Counted from the stretch's first letter, positions 1 to 11,367 are shown. The stretch: DNA of 64,000 bases from Bryobacterales bacterium (GCA_963422375.2 OY729428.2:1536001-1600000); one strand, 5' to 3'. Translations and numbers: made by a program. The notes: generated by a model from the sequence alone, not told the origin.

Positions 1-264
1 CTCCCCACTTCCGGACATCGATGGCACTGGGCCGTTGCGGACGCGTCCGCAGCTCGCGCGAGATCCTCCCTGTGACGCCTAGCCCGGTCGATTCGCGAAT
101 GCGATTCGAGGGCAGGGATGCAATTCGGGCGCGACGGGCAGGGATGGCCGGATTCAGCGCTTCCGCTGGTCGACGATGGCTGCACGGACAGTCGGGCGCT
201 GCGTGTTGCGTCCGCCAAGCGAACGACCGTTTCCATGGCTTGATGAAGTGTTCGGACCAGCGGC

Positions 265-921
265 TCAGGCGAGGTCGGCGGACCGGTCGCGCCCTGAAAC
301 CTGCCTCCGGCGGGTCGGCCGGCGCTCGGGCCGGCCGTCGCGCAGGACCCGCTCGACGGCGGGTGGCCAGAGCTCGTCGTCCTGCGGCGTCATGGCCTGC
401 CGGGGGTCCTTGCCTGCGACTTCCTCCAACCGGAAGGCGGGTTCCTCGGGAATGGTCGCTAGCCACTTGCGTCGTGCGACCCGGCCGTCCAATCCGGCAT
501 CTTCCTCGTACCGGGACAGGGCCTTGGCAGCGGCACGGCGTCCGCGTTCCCAGGCCTTGGCGAACATCTCGTCGAGGACTCCCTTGAGACCGGGGCTGTC
601 ATCGAGCGCTTCGGCCATCTGGTCCCGGAAGTTGTCGACCTCGCGGCTCCAGGGGCGGAGCGAGTCGGGCCGGCGCGGCCCCCAGTGCTGCATCTTGAGC
701 AGGTGCTCGACGGCGCGGGCGCAGAGCGAGGTCCAGCTGGATCGGTCTTTCCTGGCCAAATCCTCGATCTCCTCAGCCACGTTTTCCCAGTCGAGGCGCT
801 CGCAGTCGCGCTGGCGCAGGAGTGCCGCCTGGCGCAGGGCCCACGAGTAGGGGTCCGTCCAATACAGCGGCTTGTCTGTCCGGGAGCCCTTGGCCGGCGC
901 TGGAGACGTGGGTGTCGGCAT
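265..921 (-). CDS. DUF29 family protein
   Basis: LYWTDPYSWALRQAALLR...LDWENVAEEIEDL...HLLKMQ...DSPGLK is the typical DUF29 pattern; start placed at ATG 921 (ORF track extends to 939). Confidence 0.85.
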   Translation of the reverse strand: MPTPTSPAPAKGSRTDKPLYWTDPYSWALRQAALLRQRDCERLDWENVAEEIEDLARKDRSSWTSLCARAVEHLLKMQHWGPRRPDSLRPWSREVDNFRDQMAEALDDSPGLKGVLDEMFAKAWERGRRAAAKALSRYEEDAGLDGRVARRKWLATIPEEPAFRLEEVAGKDPRQAMTPQDDELWPPAVERVLRDGRPERRPTRRRQVSGRDRSADLA

Positions 922-983
922 GGCCGTGCCCAGTCGCATTGTACCGGCAATAGAATTCGAGTAGCGGTTTCGTCCAACGCGAG

Positions 984-1805
984 CTAGCGGCCGGACTCTC
1001 TCAGGAATTCTACGATCTTGGCGATCTCGCTTGACGAGTACACCTTATTCATGCCCCGGGGCATGGAGGACCGCTCGCGGTTGCGCCGCTCGCGAATGTC
1101 TCTCTTGCGAACGGACCGGAGGGGTGGCGGGACGGACGCCGCGTCGAACACCCGCACGTGCGTCTCGGTCTCCTCGGCCAGGACTCCGGCAACGCGGTCT
1201 CCAGAACGGAGCCGAAGCTCCAGCTGCTCGAATCCGTAGGCGACGCTGGCCCGCGGCCTGACGATGTGGCGTGCGAGCTCCCGCTCGTTCATGCTCCGGG
1301 CCGCGACCACCAGATTCGGCCCGACCGGCGTTCCTAGTCCGTCCACCTCGTGGCAGACGCCGCAGCGGCGCTCGCGCTGCAGGTCGAAGAAGAGATCCCT
1401 TCCGAGCGCGGCTCCGGGAGACAGATCCGCCCGGTCACTCGCCTCGGCTTCCGCTCCTAAGTCGATCACGGCGGAGGCGCCTGAGGGCGGTTCGGTCGAA
1501 AGGCTGAGCACGTAGGCTGTCACAGCCCACACGGACCGATCCGGAATCACGCCCTTCCAGCCCGGCATGCTGGTGCCCGGCAAGCCCTCGACCGTGATGC
1601 GATAGAGCTCGCGAGGGTCCCAGGAGCGCTCGCGCAGCGCCGGTCCGCGAGCCGCCTTCCCCTCGGAGCCGTGGCAGTACCCGACCGAGCAACTCCTAGC
1701 GAACTGCTCCGCACCGTCGGCGATCAGTTCCGGCGAGGTGAGGTCCAGCGGACTGGCCGCGAGGGGACCGGCAAGCAGCAGCAACGCCGCGACCGTGCGG
1801 GTCAT
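984..1805 (-). CDS. Periplasmic dihaem c-type cytochrome (CX4CH plus CXXCH putative haem-binding domain)
   Basis: Signal peptide MTRTVAALLLLAGPLAA; CSVGYCH...GPAL...GLPGTSMP; second motif CGVCH followed by VGPNL; ATG overlaps the upstream stop (ATGA, 1802-1805). Confidence 0.85.
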   Translation of the reverse strand: MTRTVAALLLLAGPLAASPLDLTSPELIADGAEQFARSCSVGYCHGSEGKAARGPALRERSWDPRELYRITVEGLPGTSMPGWKGVIPDRSVWAVTAYVLSLSTEPPSGASAVIDLGAEAEASDRADLSPGAALGRDLFFDLQRERRCGVCHEVDGLGTPVGPNLVVAARSMNERELARHIVRPRASVAYGFEQLELRLRSGDRVAGVLAEETETHVRVFDAASVPPPLRSVRKRDIRERRNRERSSMPRGMNKVYSSSEIAKIVEFLRESGR

Positions 1806-3541
1806 TCGCCGTCCTCCGGAAGGGCGAAGGCGAAGATGCTCGACCCGCTCGGTAGCTCTCCGATCTCTGGCCAGAGCTGCGTCGTCAGGCCGGCCAGCGC
1901 CGATCCCCAGCCGCTCGGGGTGGCGATGAACTGGCGTCCGCCGACGGAATAGGTGACCGCCGAGCCGCGGTGGCCGGAACCGGTGCGGAAGCTCCACAGC
2001 TCGCGCCCGGTCGCGGCGTCCAAGGCGAAGAAACGTCCGGTCGCATCACCGCTGAGGACCAGCCCGCCCGCAGTCGCGAGCTGCGACGCCAGCAGGGGGT
2101 ACTTGTGCTTGTACTGCCACTTGCGCTCGCCCGTGACCGGATCGTAGGCCGACAGGTGCGAGTGGGCCTTGCCTTCCTTGGGGTGCGCCAGCTGGAACTC
2201 GCCCCCGAAGAACGGCATGCCCTCCCGGGGCTCTTCGCGTCGCACCGTCAGCACTTGGCACCACTCGAGGCCGGTCGAATAGAACCAGCCCGTGTCCGGG
2301 GAATACGCCCCGTGATTCCAGCTCCGTCCTCCGCCGATCGAGGGGCAGACGAAGGCCTCCTTGCCCACCTCCGGCTCGTTTCGCCCGAGGAGCTCGCCGC
2401 CGGGGCCGATTCCCTCGATCCAGTTGGACGCTTGCACGAGGGGCCAGGCCCCCAGGAACGAGCCGTCCGCCCGGTCGAGCAGCCAGACATGGCCGGACTT
2501 CGACGGATTGAGGAGTGCTCTGCGCTTCTTGCCGCCCAGTTCGAGATCAAGCAGGACGATCTCGTACGCCGAGTCGTAGTCCCACACGTCGTGCGGGATT
2601 TGCTGATAGTGCCACTGGAGTTCGCCGGTGTCGGGATCCAGCGCCACTATCGAGTCGGTGTAGAGGTTGTCCCCCTCGCGGTCGCCGCCGTAGAAATCGG
2701 CCGCAGGGTTCCCGACCGCCCAGTACAGCAGGTCCAGCTCGGGGTCGTACGTGCCCGTCACCCAGGTCGATCCGCCGCCGTACTTCCACGAGTCGCCTGC
2801 CCACGTCTCGTGGCCGGGCTCGCCTGGCCCCGGAATCGCCCAGAAGCGCCAGCGGTGCCGGCCGGTCCTGGCGTCGTAGGCGTTCAGGTAGCCGCGATGG
2901 GCCGAGTCGCCGCCGGTGACTCCCGTGATGACCAGGTCCTTGACCACGAGTGGTGCCGAGGTGATGTTGCAGCCGCATTGCTTGGCGCTCTCCACCTCGG
3001 TCCGCCAGACCTCCTCCCCTGTAGCGCGGTCCAGCGCGACCACGTGGTTGTCCAGAGTTCCGAGGAACACAAGGCCGTACGCCACCGCCACGCCTCGGTT
3101 CCAAGTGCCGTAGGTCGCTGGGATTTGCTCCGGCTCCGGGTACTCGAAATGCCAGATCTGCTCGCCGCTGGCTGCGTCCAGGGCGAACACGTGATTCCAA
3201 GCCGTCGAGACGTACATCACGCCGTCGACGATCAAGGGGGCCGCCTGGAGGCCGCCGTCGGTGATGCCGCTCTCGAAGGCCCAGACCGGACGGAGGGCCT
3301 CCACGTTGCCGCGGTTGATCCGGTCCAGCGGGCTATAGCGCCAGCTCTTGTACGTGCCGTAGTAGGTCAGCCAGTTGGCAGGGTCCTCGTCGGCGCGGTT
3401 CAGCCGCTCCGAGTCGACTTCCGCGCCCGCTAGTAGGCACGGCACGATCAGTGCGGCTAGCGCGAGGAGGCACGGGGCGCGGCGCCCATCTCCGTCGTCG
3501 GACGCCCCCCGGAAAGGAGCCGGCTTCCCTGTCGCGGTCAT
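1802..3541 (-). CDS. PQQ-dependent dehydrogenase-like beta-propeller protein
   Basis: NWLTYYG..WRYSPLDRIN, repeated ALDAxTG..W blades, GTYDPELDLLYW, GDNLYT, HDVWDYDS; ATGA overlap with the cyclase gene at 3538-3541. Confidence 0.9.
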   Translation of the reverse strand: MTATGKPAPFRGASDDGDGRRAPCLLALAALIVPCLLAGAEVDSERLNRADEDPANWLTYYGTYKSWRYSPLDRINRGNVEALRPVWAFESGITDGGLQAAPLIVDGVMYVSTAWNHVFALDAASGEQIWHFEYPEPEQIPATYGTWNRGVAVAYGLVFLGTLDNHVVALDRATGEEVWRTEVESAKQCGCNITSAPLVVKDLVITGVTGGDSAHRGYLNAYDARTGRHRWRFWAIPGPGEPGHETWAGDSWKYGGGSTWVTGTYDPELDLLYWAVGNPAADFYGGDREGDNLYTDSIVALDPDTGELQWHYQQIPHDVWDYDSAYEIVLLDLELGGKKRRALLNPSKSGHVWLLDRADGSFLGAWPLVQASNWIEGIGPGGELLGRNEPEVGKEAFVCPSIGGGRSWNHGAYSPDTGWFYSTGLEWCQVLTVRREEPREGMPFFGGEFQLAHPKEGKAHSHLSAYDPVTGERKWQYKHKYPLLASQLATAGGLVLSGDATGRFFALDAATGRELWSFRTGSGHRGSAVTYSVGGRQFIATPSGWGSALAGLTTQLWPEIGELPSGSSIFAFALPEDGE

Positions 3542-4473
3542 TCCGATTCCCCGGGTGGGACGAAGGCCACGGCTCTGGTGGGGCTGCCGGACTGGTCGAT
3601 GATCTTCAGCGGCAGCGCCACGTAGTAGGCGCCCCGCACCGGGAGCTCGCCGAGGTTCGTCAGCAGTTCCTCCCAGCTCATCCCGTGCTGCAGGCCGGCC
3701 ACATGGGTCGGCTGGCCGTCCTGCACGGGCCCCATTGACGCGCCGTCGGTGCCGAGATGCCAGACGCCCTTGCCCCGGAGGTATTCGACAGCCTCCGGGG
3801 TCGGCGCGGGCCAGCCGGGCGCGCTCTTGAGAATCAGCGGCTCGAACGTGAACCGCGCCCCCTCCGGCAGGGGCTTGTAGTAGGCGTCCGAATAGCCGCT
3901 GTGGAATAGGACGACTTCGCCGGCTTGGATCTCGCCGTGCTCGGCTTCCCACGCTTGGATGCGCTCGACGGTGATCGGCGCGGACAGTCCGGGCGCGGCG
4001 GCGTCGCGAATGTCCGTCACGTCGAGCACCGCCGCCGGACCGGTCATGCGACCCAGCGGATACTTGTCTCCGGTCATCGCGCCCATCGGCCCCGCGTGGG
4101 GCAGCCCGCTGCCCGGGGGCGGCACGAAGTGGGCAGGGAAGTCGGTCTGGGTGCCCGTGTGCTCGTCGATGACGAAACGCTGCGAGTAGTACGGCGCGGC
4201 GCTTGGCGTGAAGGGGGTGCCGTACTCGTTGTCGAGGGCCTCGAACCAGTTAGTCGTCCAGCGGGCGAAGGGAGGGTTGGCTCCCCAATGGGCCGGCAGC
4301 GACTCGGAGACGAGGACCGTCAGATCGACGATGCGGGCCCCCGAGGCGACCGGGCCGAGATCGGGGGCGGCGGAGTCTGCCGGGGCGGCCCCGGCCGTGC
4401 CGGGCGGGTCGGTTGCGGGTGCGCAGCCGAGCACCGACAGGCCCAGAATCCAGGCGAGGGCGGGACGCGTCAT
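3538..4473 (-). CDS. Cyclase (kynurenine formamidase/isatin hydrolase-like) family lipoprotein
   Basis: IVDLT, EHTGTQTDFPAH, GTDGAS, ELLTNLGELP..ALPLKI..SGSPTRAVA; lipobox-like LSVLGC. Confidence 0.85.
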   Translation of the reverse strand: MTRPALAWILGLSVLGCAPATDPPGTAGAAPADSAAPDLGPVASGARIVDLTVLVSESLPAHWGANPPFARWTTNWFEALDNEYGTPFTPSAAPYYSQRFVIDEHTGTQTDFPAHFVPPPGSGLPHAGPMGAMTGDKYPLGRMTGPAAVLDVTDIRDAAAPGLSAPITVERIQAWEAEHGEIQAGEVVLFHSGYSDAYYKPLPEGARFTFEPLILKSAPGWPAPTPEAVEYLRGKGVWHLGTDGASMGPVQDGQPTHVAGLQHGMSWEELLTNLGELPVRGAYYVALPLKIIDQSGSPTRAVAFVPPGESE

Positions 4474-5061
4474 CAATGGGGGTTCCTTCCGGTCCGAGGT
4501 GCCGCGACGGCCCCCTTGGCGGCCCGGTCGAATCGATTCGGGGGCGCCAAGCGCTGACAGCGATTCCTCTCCAATAGAAAACGATAGCGCAACGCTGGCC
4601 TCCCGCCGGGCACCGCTCCCGCGGATTTCCCGGCGCGCACGAGCGTCCGTACCGCTGGAGCCCGCCATGATCCGCGGGCGCGTTCTGTGTCGAGGCAGCG
4701 GCGCCGGGCGGGCCGTCGACGGCATTCGCCTCGGTGCGGAGAAACCGGAGGTCGGCATCCCCGTCCGCGACCGCTCCGCCCGGCACACCAATGGATTCAG
4801 TGGATTACAGGCGATTCGACTGACACTCGTCGATTCGCATGGGATTCCCGGCTGGGAGCCGATGCGCTGGCAAGGCCCAGCTTCGGGCCGGTTCGAGCGG
4901 CAGCCGAGCGAGTGACGCTGCGACCGCCGGCCGTCCGAGATGCTCGCTCCCGATTCGCTGCCCGACGCGGAAACGGCGCGGCCAGCCACTCGATTCGGTC
5001 CCGCGAGGGAGGCCGAGGCGCCCCTCGCTCGTGCGAGTGTCTCTCGGCGTGCCGCGGCCGG

Positions 5062-7503
5062 TCAGCCTCCGCCGGCAAGCTTCTTCAGTAGGCCTCCGAC
5101 TGCTTGCTCGATGCGCGCGACGTCCAAGTTCTCGGGCATCGGGATGGCCATGACCTTCCGGTTCGTCTGCGGGTCGGTTCGGACGAGGCCATCGAGCATG
5201 CCCTTGCCGGGTCGAGCGGCCGCCCTGGGCTTGGGTGTTTGGTGGCCGGGCTGAGCGGCGGGAGCCTCCGCCGGCGGAACGAGCGCTTCGAGGAGGCGCG
5301 CGCCGGCCTCGAGCAGGCCCGTCACTGCCCGGTCGATGTCGGTCCCGCCCGAGCCTCCCCCGGCGGGCGGATCGCCGGAGGGCTCCCCCCGGACGCCGCC
5401 GGAAGCTCCCTGCGGCCCCGTTCCGTCAGCCGTGACGCGATCGCCCGCGGGGTCCTCGCCCAGAGCCACGGCGGGCACCCTCGCGGCGTCGTCCTCGGGG
5501 CCCGTGTCCATGACCTCCTCGACGACGTCGAGCATGTTGGATCGTCCGAGCTTCTCGAAGCTGACTTCGTCGGCCGCCGAGTCGAACAGCCCGGAGAAGA
5601 GGGCCTTCTTGAGCCGCATGGTTTCCCACACCCGCTCCTCGATGCTCGCTTCGGTCACCATGTGAATCACCTGCACGGGACTGGCCTGGCCCATGCGGTG
5701 AATCCGTCCGATGCGCTGCTCGAGGCGCGCTGGGTTCCACGGAGGCTCGAAGTTGATCACGGCCGATGCCGCCTGCAGGTTCAAGCCGACGCCGCCGGCG
5801 TCGGTGGATAGAAAAGCCATGCAGCGTGGGTCCTCGCGGAACCGCTGCATCAGCGCGCCGCGCTTGGCCGTGGGCACGCCGCCGTGCAGTGAGACGAAGT
5901 CGATCCCGAGCGCGCGCAGCTCCGCGCCCGCGAGATGCGTCATGCGCTGGAACTCGCTGAAGATCACGACCTTGCACCCTTCCTCAAGCGTCAGCTCGCG
6001 CACGATCTCGCGAAACTCCTCGAGCTTCGGGGAGTGGTTGGTCTCCTTGTCGAACAGGTAGGTGGAGTTGCAGATCATGCGCATGTTCTGCAGGCAGCAC
6101 ATGAGGCGCCGTCGGTCCACGTCCGACAGCCATCCTTGGCGCTTCCACTTGCGCACTAGGCGAGCAAGGATTTCGTGCTGCTCCCAGTACGGTCCGGCCT
6201 GCTCCCGGGTCATGGGCACGCGGAAGGTCTGGTCGGCCCGGGGCGGCAGCTGCTTGAGAACCTCGCCGCGTTTCCGCCGTAGCAGCACTGGCCGCAGCTG
6301 CTCGTGCAGGCGGCCCAGCCCCCGGTAGCCGAGCAGCTCGCCTTTCTCCCCGGTGTCTACGTGCTCGTGCAGGAACCGGAACGCCGGCCCTAGCACGCGG
6401 CCGTCGACGAACTCTACGACTGAGTAGAGCTCCTCGAGTTTGTTCTCCAGTGGCGTGCCCGTGAGCACGATCGCGTAGCGGCTCTTGAGCTGCTTGACCG
6501 CCCGCGCCGTGCTGGTGGCCCAGTTACGGATGCGCTGCGCTTCGTCCAAGACAATCAGGTCTGCGTGCAGCGTCGCGATTTCGTCCATGTCGCGCAAGAC
6601 GAGTTCGTAGTTGATCAGGTTGAAGAACGCGGGTTCGCCGTACCGCTTGGCCCGTCGCGCCCTGTCCCCGTCGATGACTTGGGCCGTCAGATCGGTGAAC
6701 CGCTCGATCTCGGTCTTCCACTGGTACTTGACGGATGCTGGCGAGATCACCAGCACCCGCTCGATGCCCCGGCGCCGACGCAGCAGCGCGGCCGCCGCGA
6801 TCGTTTGGATGGTCTTGCCGAGACCCATGTCGTCCGCCAGCACCACCCGGCCGCGGCTGGCGGCGAACAGGGCGCCCCGCTCCTGGTAGGGGAACAGCGG
6901 GACCTTGACGAGGCCCTTGAACACCGCTTCGCCGCGCTCGATCCTCGCGAGCAGTTCCTGCTCCCACTTCAGCCCCTCCTCGACCTCGTTGATCCGGTCC
7001 ACGTGGTCGAGGACGTCGCTGTAGATGACGGCCGCGCCGTCCGCGGCGCGAATCTCGCCGAGCGCCCTGCCGAATTCGGCGTATCTCTCTCGCGGCAGGA
7101 TCCCCGCGCTGTCGAAATACTTGGCGGCGACGGCCGCAAGGGCCGGGTCGGTGTTTGCGGGCAGCTTCAGCTGCACGCTGAGAGTGTCGCCGTAGCGCAG
7201 CGACACCGATGCGCGCTCGCGCTCGTACCTCTTTGAAGCCAGCCGGGATCGATACCTGCTGCGCAATCGCTCGAGGATGCTCTCGATGTGCTTGCACGTT
7301 CCGAGCGTGTTCCGCGCGAAGTCCGGGCAGGTGCAGTAATTGTCGAACAAACCCGGACCGCGCATCGCGATGCGGTATTCGCTGCCGCTCGCGGAGAGGA
7401 CCTGGTAGTCGCCGTACGGCTGGCCCTTCGGGTGCGCCAGGATGCGCTTGATTGCCTCGCTCGCCCGCTTCTGACGCGCTTGGATCTGTTCCTCGACCAG
7501 CAA
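5062..7503 (-). CDS. SWIM zinc finger plus SNF2-family helicase/ATPase
   Basis: CTCPDF...CKH SWIM motif; LADDMGLGKT, LDEAQ, LTGTPLEN, GGVGLNLQ, WNPARLEQRIGRIHR. Confidence 0.92.
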   Translation of the reverse strand: MLVEEQIQARQKRASEAIKRILAHPKGQPYGDYQVLSASGSEYRIAMRGPGLFDNYCTCPDFARNTLGTCKHIESILERLRSRYRSRLASKRYERERASVSLRYGDTLSVQLKLPANTDPALAAVAAKYFDSAGILPRERYAEFGRALGEIRAADGAAVIYSDVLDHVDRINEVEEGLKWEQELLARIERGEAVFKGLVKVPLFPYQERGALFAASRGRVVLADDMGLGKTIQTIAAAALLRRRRGIERVLVISPASVKYQWKTEIERFTDLTAQVIDGDRARRAKRYGEPAFFNLINYELVLRDMDEIATLHADLIVLDEAQRIRNWATSTARAVKQLKSRYAIVLTGTPLENKLEELYSVVEFVDGRVLGPAFRFLHEHVDTGEKGELLGYRGLGRLHEQLRPVLLRRKRGEVLKQLPPRADQTFRVPMTREQAGPYWEQHEILARLVRKWKRQGWLSDVDRRRLMCCLQNMRMICNSTYLFDKETNHSPKLEEFREIVRELTLEEGCKVVIFSEFQRMTHLAGAELRALGIDFVSLHGGVPTAKRGALMQRFREDPRCMAFLSTDAGGVGLNLQAASAVINFEPPWNPARLEQRIGRIHRMGQASPVQVIHMVTEASIEERVWETMRLKKALFSGLFDSAADEVSFEKLGRSNMLDVVEEVMDTGPEDDAARVPAVALGEDPAGDRVTADGTGPQGASGGVRGEPSGDPPAGGGSGGTDIDRAVTGLLEAGARLLEALVPPAEAPAAQPGHQTPKPRAAARPGKGMLDGLVRTDPQTNRKVMAIPMPENLDVARIEQAVGGLLKKLAGGG

Positions 7504-7719
7504 CGCTCTCCACTCTCCGAACTTGCGCTGTGCGCCCGGACCCCGCCTGCGTCCCTAGGCTAGAGCTCTTTGCGCGGACGCCCGGATTCCGCCGGCTCGG
7601 CGATAGCCGCGGCCTTCGCCGAGCCGCGAGCAGTCGCGGCCCCCGAGGGGCGGGCTACCATAGCGATAGGATCGTCACGAGCCGGTACCGGTCGGTGCCG
7701 CGCCACCGGTGTCGGCAGC

Positions 7720-10700
7720 ATGACCGCAAGAAGAGGAATCCGGCTCGCCGTCGGGGCGTCGACCGTCGGGCTGGGACTGGCGTCGCTGTTCGTCCCGGCT
7801 TGGGCGGCCGATGCGCCGCCTGATCCCCCGGACGCCGTGTTTGAGCGGGAGATGAAGCCGTTCTTGGAGCGCCGGTGCTACCTCTGTCACAACGATAGCA
7901 ACGCGATGTCGGGGGTGCGCCTCGACATACTCGACGGGACCTTGGACGAGCGCCACCTGCGCCTGTGGGAGGCGGTCCGCAAGCGCATCGTCGAGGAAAG
8001 CATGCCCCCGGAAGGGGCCCCGCAGCCCAGTGCAGACGAGCGTCGCGCGGCCCTCGACTGGACCAACCGGGCTCTGAAGTTCGCTCGCTCGCGCCCGACC
8101 CCGAAGAACGGCAACGTCAGGCGGCTGACGGTCGCCCAGTACCGCAACACCTTGCGCGAGCTGCTGCTGCTGGAAGACGATCTGACCGACACGCTGCCTC
8201 CCGACGCCGTTTCCAAGGATGGGTTTGTCAACAGCAGCGAGACGCTCGGTTTCTCGCCGTTGCAGCTCGAAACCTATCTGCAGATCGCCGGAGAAGCCTT
8301 GAGCGCGGCCGTCGTCGACCCCGACGCGAGGCCGGCGATTCAGAATTTCCGCGTCGAACTCGGACAGTCGATCAATCCCGACCCGCTGCCCGACGATCTT
8401 ATTCTCGGGGCCGGCAGCCTGCTGCTGCGCACACCCGATTACCTCGTGACGCAGCCGGCGCCGAGCAAGCCGTTCGCGTTCGAGCCGCTTCGGATGCGGA
8501 CGAAGTACCGCTTCCACGAGGGCTACCGGGGCAACGCCACCGTCCGGGGCTGGAGGGAGTACGACAGCATCTACCACGCCGTCTTCGCCGGCATGCGCGG
8601 CAGCCGAGGCTACCCCAAGGGCCTGCCCTACAGCGTGGCGACCGAGGGCCTGCTGCTGCGGCCGGCCATACCTAGCGACGAGATCTTTCGAAGCGACGGC
8701 ACGTACGGGCCGAAGGCGAACTTCAAGATCTCGGTGCGCGAGCTACCCGACTTCGGCCGCTTCCGGGTCACGGTCAGGGCGGCTCGCTACGACGACGGCC
8801 TGCTGCTCGATCCCGGCGACCCCGCCCAGGATCCGGCCGGGCCGGGCTCAGTCTCTCTGGACCTCGCGGGCGGATCCGGAACGGTGGAGATCGAGCAGGC
8901 CGGTGTGTATCAGATAGACGTATACGAGGCGCCGAGGCGGGCGCCGCCGGATCCGGCGCCACTGGAGCGGCTCGCCGAGGGCCTGGCGGGAGCTTGGCCG
9001 CTCGACGGCAGCGAGGCGCTTCGCCTGGAGGGCGACGCCCGCTATGTCGACTCGCCGTTCGGCGGGGCCGCGTTCCTGGACGGGGACGGCGACGCGGTCA
9101 CGGTGCCCCGCACCGGATCTCTGGCGGTCGGTGCGGGCGACTTCACCGTCGCCGCTTGGATTCGCCCGAGCGAGCTGCGCCGGGCCGGAATCGCGGCCCT
9201 AGGAGCGCAGGAATGGACGCAGGGCTGGTACTTGGAGATGGCCAGCAACCGGGGAGACCTGCGCCTCGAGACGACCGGCCCGGACAAGGAATCGAACGGA
9301 GGAGTGACTTCGCCCATTCGGATCATCCGCAAGGACAGGTGGCAGCATGTCGCGGCCGTCGTTAAGCGCCGGAAGGGGCGCACCCAGCTGTACCTCAACG
9401 GCTACCCGGTCGCGCGGGGCAAGGTGGGACAGGCGGATCTGGGCAACCCGGATCTAGATCTTCGAATCGGGCGCGCTCCGGGCGGGCAGCATTTCCGCGG
9501 CGCGATCGACGAGGTCCGTCTGTACCGGAGGGCGCTCGGCGGGAGCGAGCTGCAGGCCCTGATCGAACCGGGCCGCAGGTTTGCCAAGCCACCTCCCGAG
9601 AAGCCTCAGGAAGTGACGCTTAAGGCGGGCCAGCGGCAGTTCTCCACGGTCTTGGAGCGACCGGCCTTTCTGGCTGCGAGGCTCGACCGGGGGCCGCTGC
9701 GCGTGGATGCCTCGCACTCCGGAACCAAGGGGCTGAGCCGCGCAGTCTTCACCCGCCTGCCCGACGGGCACGAGCTGGTGCAGCGGTTCCTGGCATTCGA
9801 GAAGCGCCTGCCTCGCGTCGGCGTGCATCTGGGCCTGCGCCGCGACTGCGGCAGCACCTTCGCCCCGGTTGGGAGGCCGCAGACCGTGGCCGGCAGGGAG
9901 GTGGCCACGTTTGTTTTCGAGGGCGCGATCCGCAACTATCCCAGCCCCGACGTCCAGGAGGACAACGACAACTACCTCGCGGGCATCCGCGAGATCGCCG
10001 TGCGCAGCGAGTACACCGACGGGCGCGATATGCCGCGGCTGCTGGTCCGGTCGGTCGAGTTCGAGGGGCCGCTGTACGAGAGCTGGCCGCCTCGCTCGCA
10101 CCGGAGGATATTCGTCGATTCCGAGCGCAGGTCCGACGGGGCGCGCTACGCCCGGGAAGTGATCCGCTCGTTCGCCGCCCGGGCCTTCCGGCGACCGGTC
10201 ACGCCCGCCGAGGAGAAGTCCCTCATGGCGGTCTACCGCCGCTCGCTCGACGGCGGGCGCGGCTTTCGCGCGAGCGTGACGGACGCCCTGCAGGTCGCGC
10301 TCACGTCGCCGCAGTTCCTGTTCCTCGTCGAGAGCAGCCCCACGCCGGGCCCCGAGCCGGTGGACGACTTCGAGCTGGCCGCGAAGCTCTCGTATTTCCT
10401 TTGGAACGGCCCCCCGGACCGGGCGACGCTGGAGCTCGCCGCCGAGGGCAGGCTCCGGGACGAGCTCGAAGCCGAGGTGACCCGGATGATCGCGGACTCC
10501 CGCTTCCCGCGCTTTGTGGGCGAATTCGCCTCCCAGTGGCTAAGCCTCGACAAGTTCGACGTGCTCGAGCCGGACCGGGACCGCTTTCCGGATCTCACGC
10601 ACGCGGTCCGCGCGCACTTGCGGCGGGAGCCGGCCGAGTTCCTGCTGCACCTGATCCGGAACAACCTGCCCGCGAGCCTCTTGATCGATTCCGATATCGT

Positions 10701-11346
10701 GATGGCCAACGAGGTGGTCGCGGCCTACTACGGGCTGGAGCACGCGCCCGGGAGCGGCTTCCGTTTCGTCCCCGTGCGGCACGGTCGGCCGGGCCTCGGC
10801 GGGCTGCTGGCGCAGGCAGCGATCATGGCCGGGCTGTCGGACGGCCGCGAGTCCAATCCGGTGAAGCGCGGGGCGTGGCTGGCGCGCAAGATTATCGCCG
10901 AGCCGCCGGACGACCCTCCTCCCAACGTGCCGGACCTGGATGCGGACACCGAGGGCCTGCCGCTCCGCGAGCGCCTGGCGAAGCATCGCGACATGCCGGG
11001 CTGCGCCCAGTGCCACGCGGGAATCGATCCCTGGGGGATCGCCCTCGAGGAATTCGACGCCGACGGCAGGCTGAAGCAAGTCCCCGCGGACGCCCGGGCC
11101 GTGCTTCCCGACAGCACGGAGGTATCGGGGCTGGACGAGCTCAAGCGCTACCTGTCGCGGGACCGCATCGACCAGGTTGCGTTCAGCGTTCTCAAGCACC
11201 TCGCGACCTACGCGACCGGTCGTGCGCTTTCGTATAATGAGCTAGCCGTTCTCAGGAACGACAGCAAGAGGCTGAAGATCGGCGGCTACCGCATGCAGGA
11301 CATGGTGCGGTACGTAGTGGCCAGCGCCTTGTTCCTCGAGAAGTAG
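7720..11346 (+). CDS. DUF1592 (PSD/PSCyt-domain) protein with N-terminal cytochrome c and an inserted LamG-like domain
   Basis: [47 protein letters not shown]; central FTVAAWIRP...WQHVAAV...[11 protein letters not shown] (LamG-like). Confidence 0.88.
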   Translation: MTARRGIRLAVGASTVGLGLASLFVPAWAADAPPDPPDAVFEREMKPFLERRCYLCHNDSNAMSGVRLDILDGTLDERHLRLWEAVRKRIVEESMPPEGAPQPSADERRAALDWTNRALKFARSRPTPKNGNVRRLTVAQYRNTLRELLLLEDDLTDTLPPDAVSKDGFVNSSETLGFSPLQLETYLQIAGEALSAAVVDPDARPAIQNFRVELGQSINPDPLPDDLILGAGSLLLRTPDYLVTQPAPSKPFAFEPLRMRTKYRFHEGYRGNATVRGWREYDSIYHAVFAGMRGSRGYPKGLPYSVATEGLLLRPAIPSDEIFRSDGTYGPKANFKISVRELPDFGRFRVTVRAARYDDGLLLDPGDPAQDPAGPGSVSLDLAGGSGTVEIEQAGVYQIDVYEAPRRAPPDPAPLERLAEGLAGAWPLDGSEALRLEGDARYVDSPFGGAAFLDGDGDAVTVPRTGSLAVGAGDFTVAAWIRPSELRRAGIAALGAQEWTQGWYLEMASNRGDLRLETTGPDKESNGGVTSPIRIIRKDRWQHVAAVVKRRKGRTQLYLNGYPVARGKVGQADLGNPDLDLRIGRAPGGQHFRGAIDEVRLYRRALGGSELQALIEPGRRFAKPPPEKPQEVTLKAGQRQFSTVLERPAFLAARLDRGPLRVDASHSGTKGLSRAVFTRLPDGHELVQRFLAFEKRLPRVGVHLGLRRDCGSTFAPVGRPQTVAGREVATFVFEGAIRNYPSPDVQEDNDNYLAGIREIAVRSEYTDGRDMPRLLVRSVEFEGPLYESWPPRSHRRIFVDSERRSDGARYAREVIRSFAARAFRRPVTPAEEKSLMAVYRRSLDGGRGFRASVTDALQVALTSPQFLFLVESSPTPGPEPVDDFELAAKLSYFLWNGPPDRATLELAAEGRLRDELEAEVTRMIADSRFPRFVGEFASQWLSLDKFDVLEPDRDRFPDLTHAVRAHLRREPAEFLLHLIRNNLPASLLIDSDIVMANEVVAAYYGLEHAPGSGFRFVPVRHGRPGLGGLLAQAAIMAGLSDGRESNPVKRGAWLARKIIAEPPDDPPPNVPDLDADTEGLPLRERLAKHRDMPGCAQCHAGIDPWGIALEEFDADGRLKQVPADARAVLPDSTEVSGLDELKRYLSRDRIDQVAFSVLKHLATYATGRALSYNELAVLRNDSKRLKIGGYRMQDMVRYVVASALFLEK

Positions 11347-11367
11347 CGGTCGGACGAGGAGAATCCC

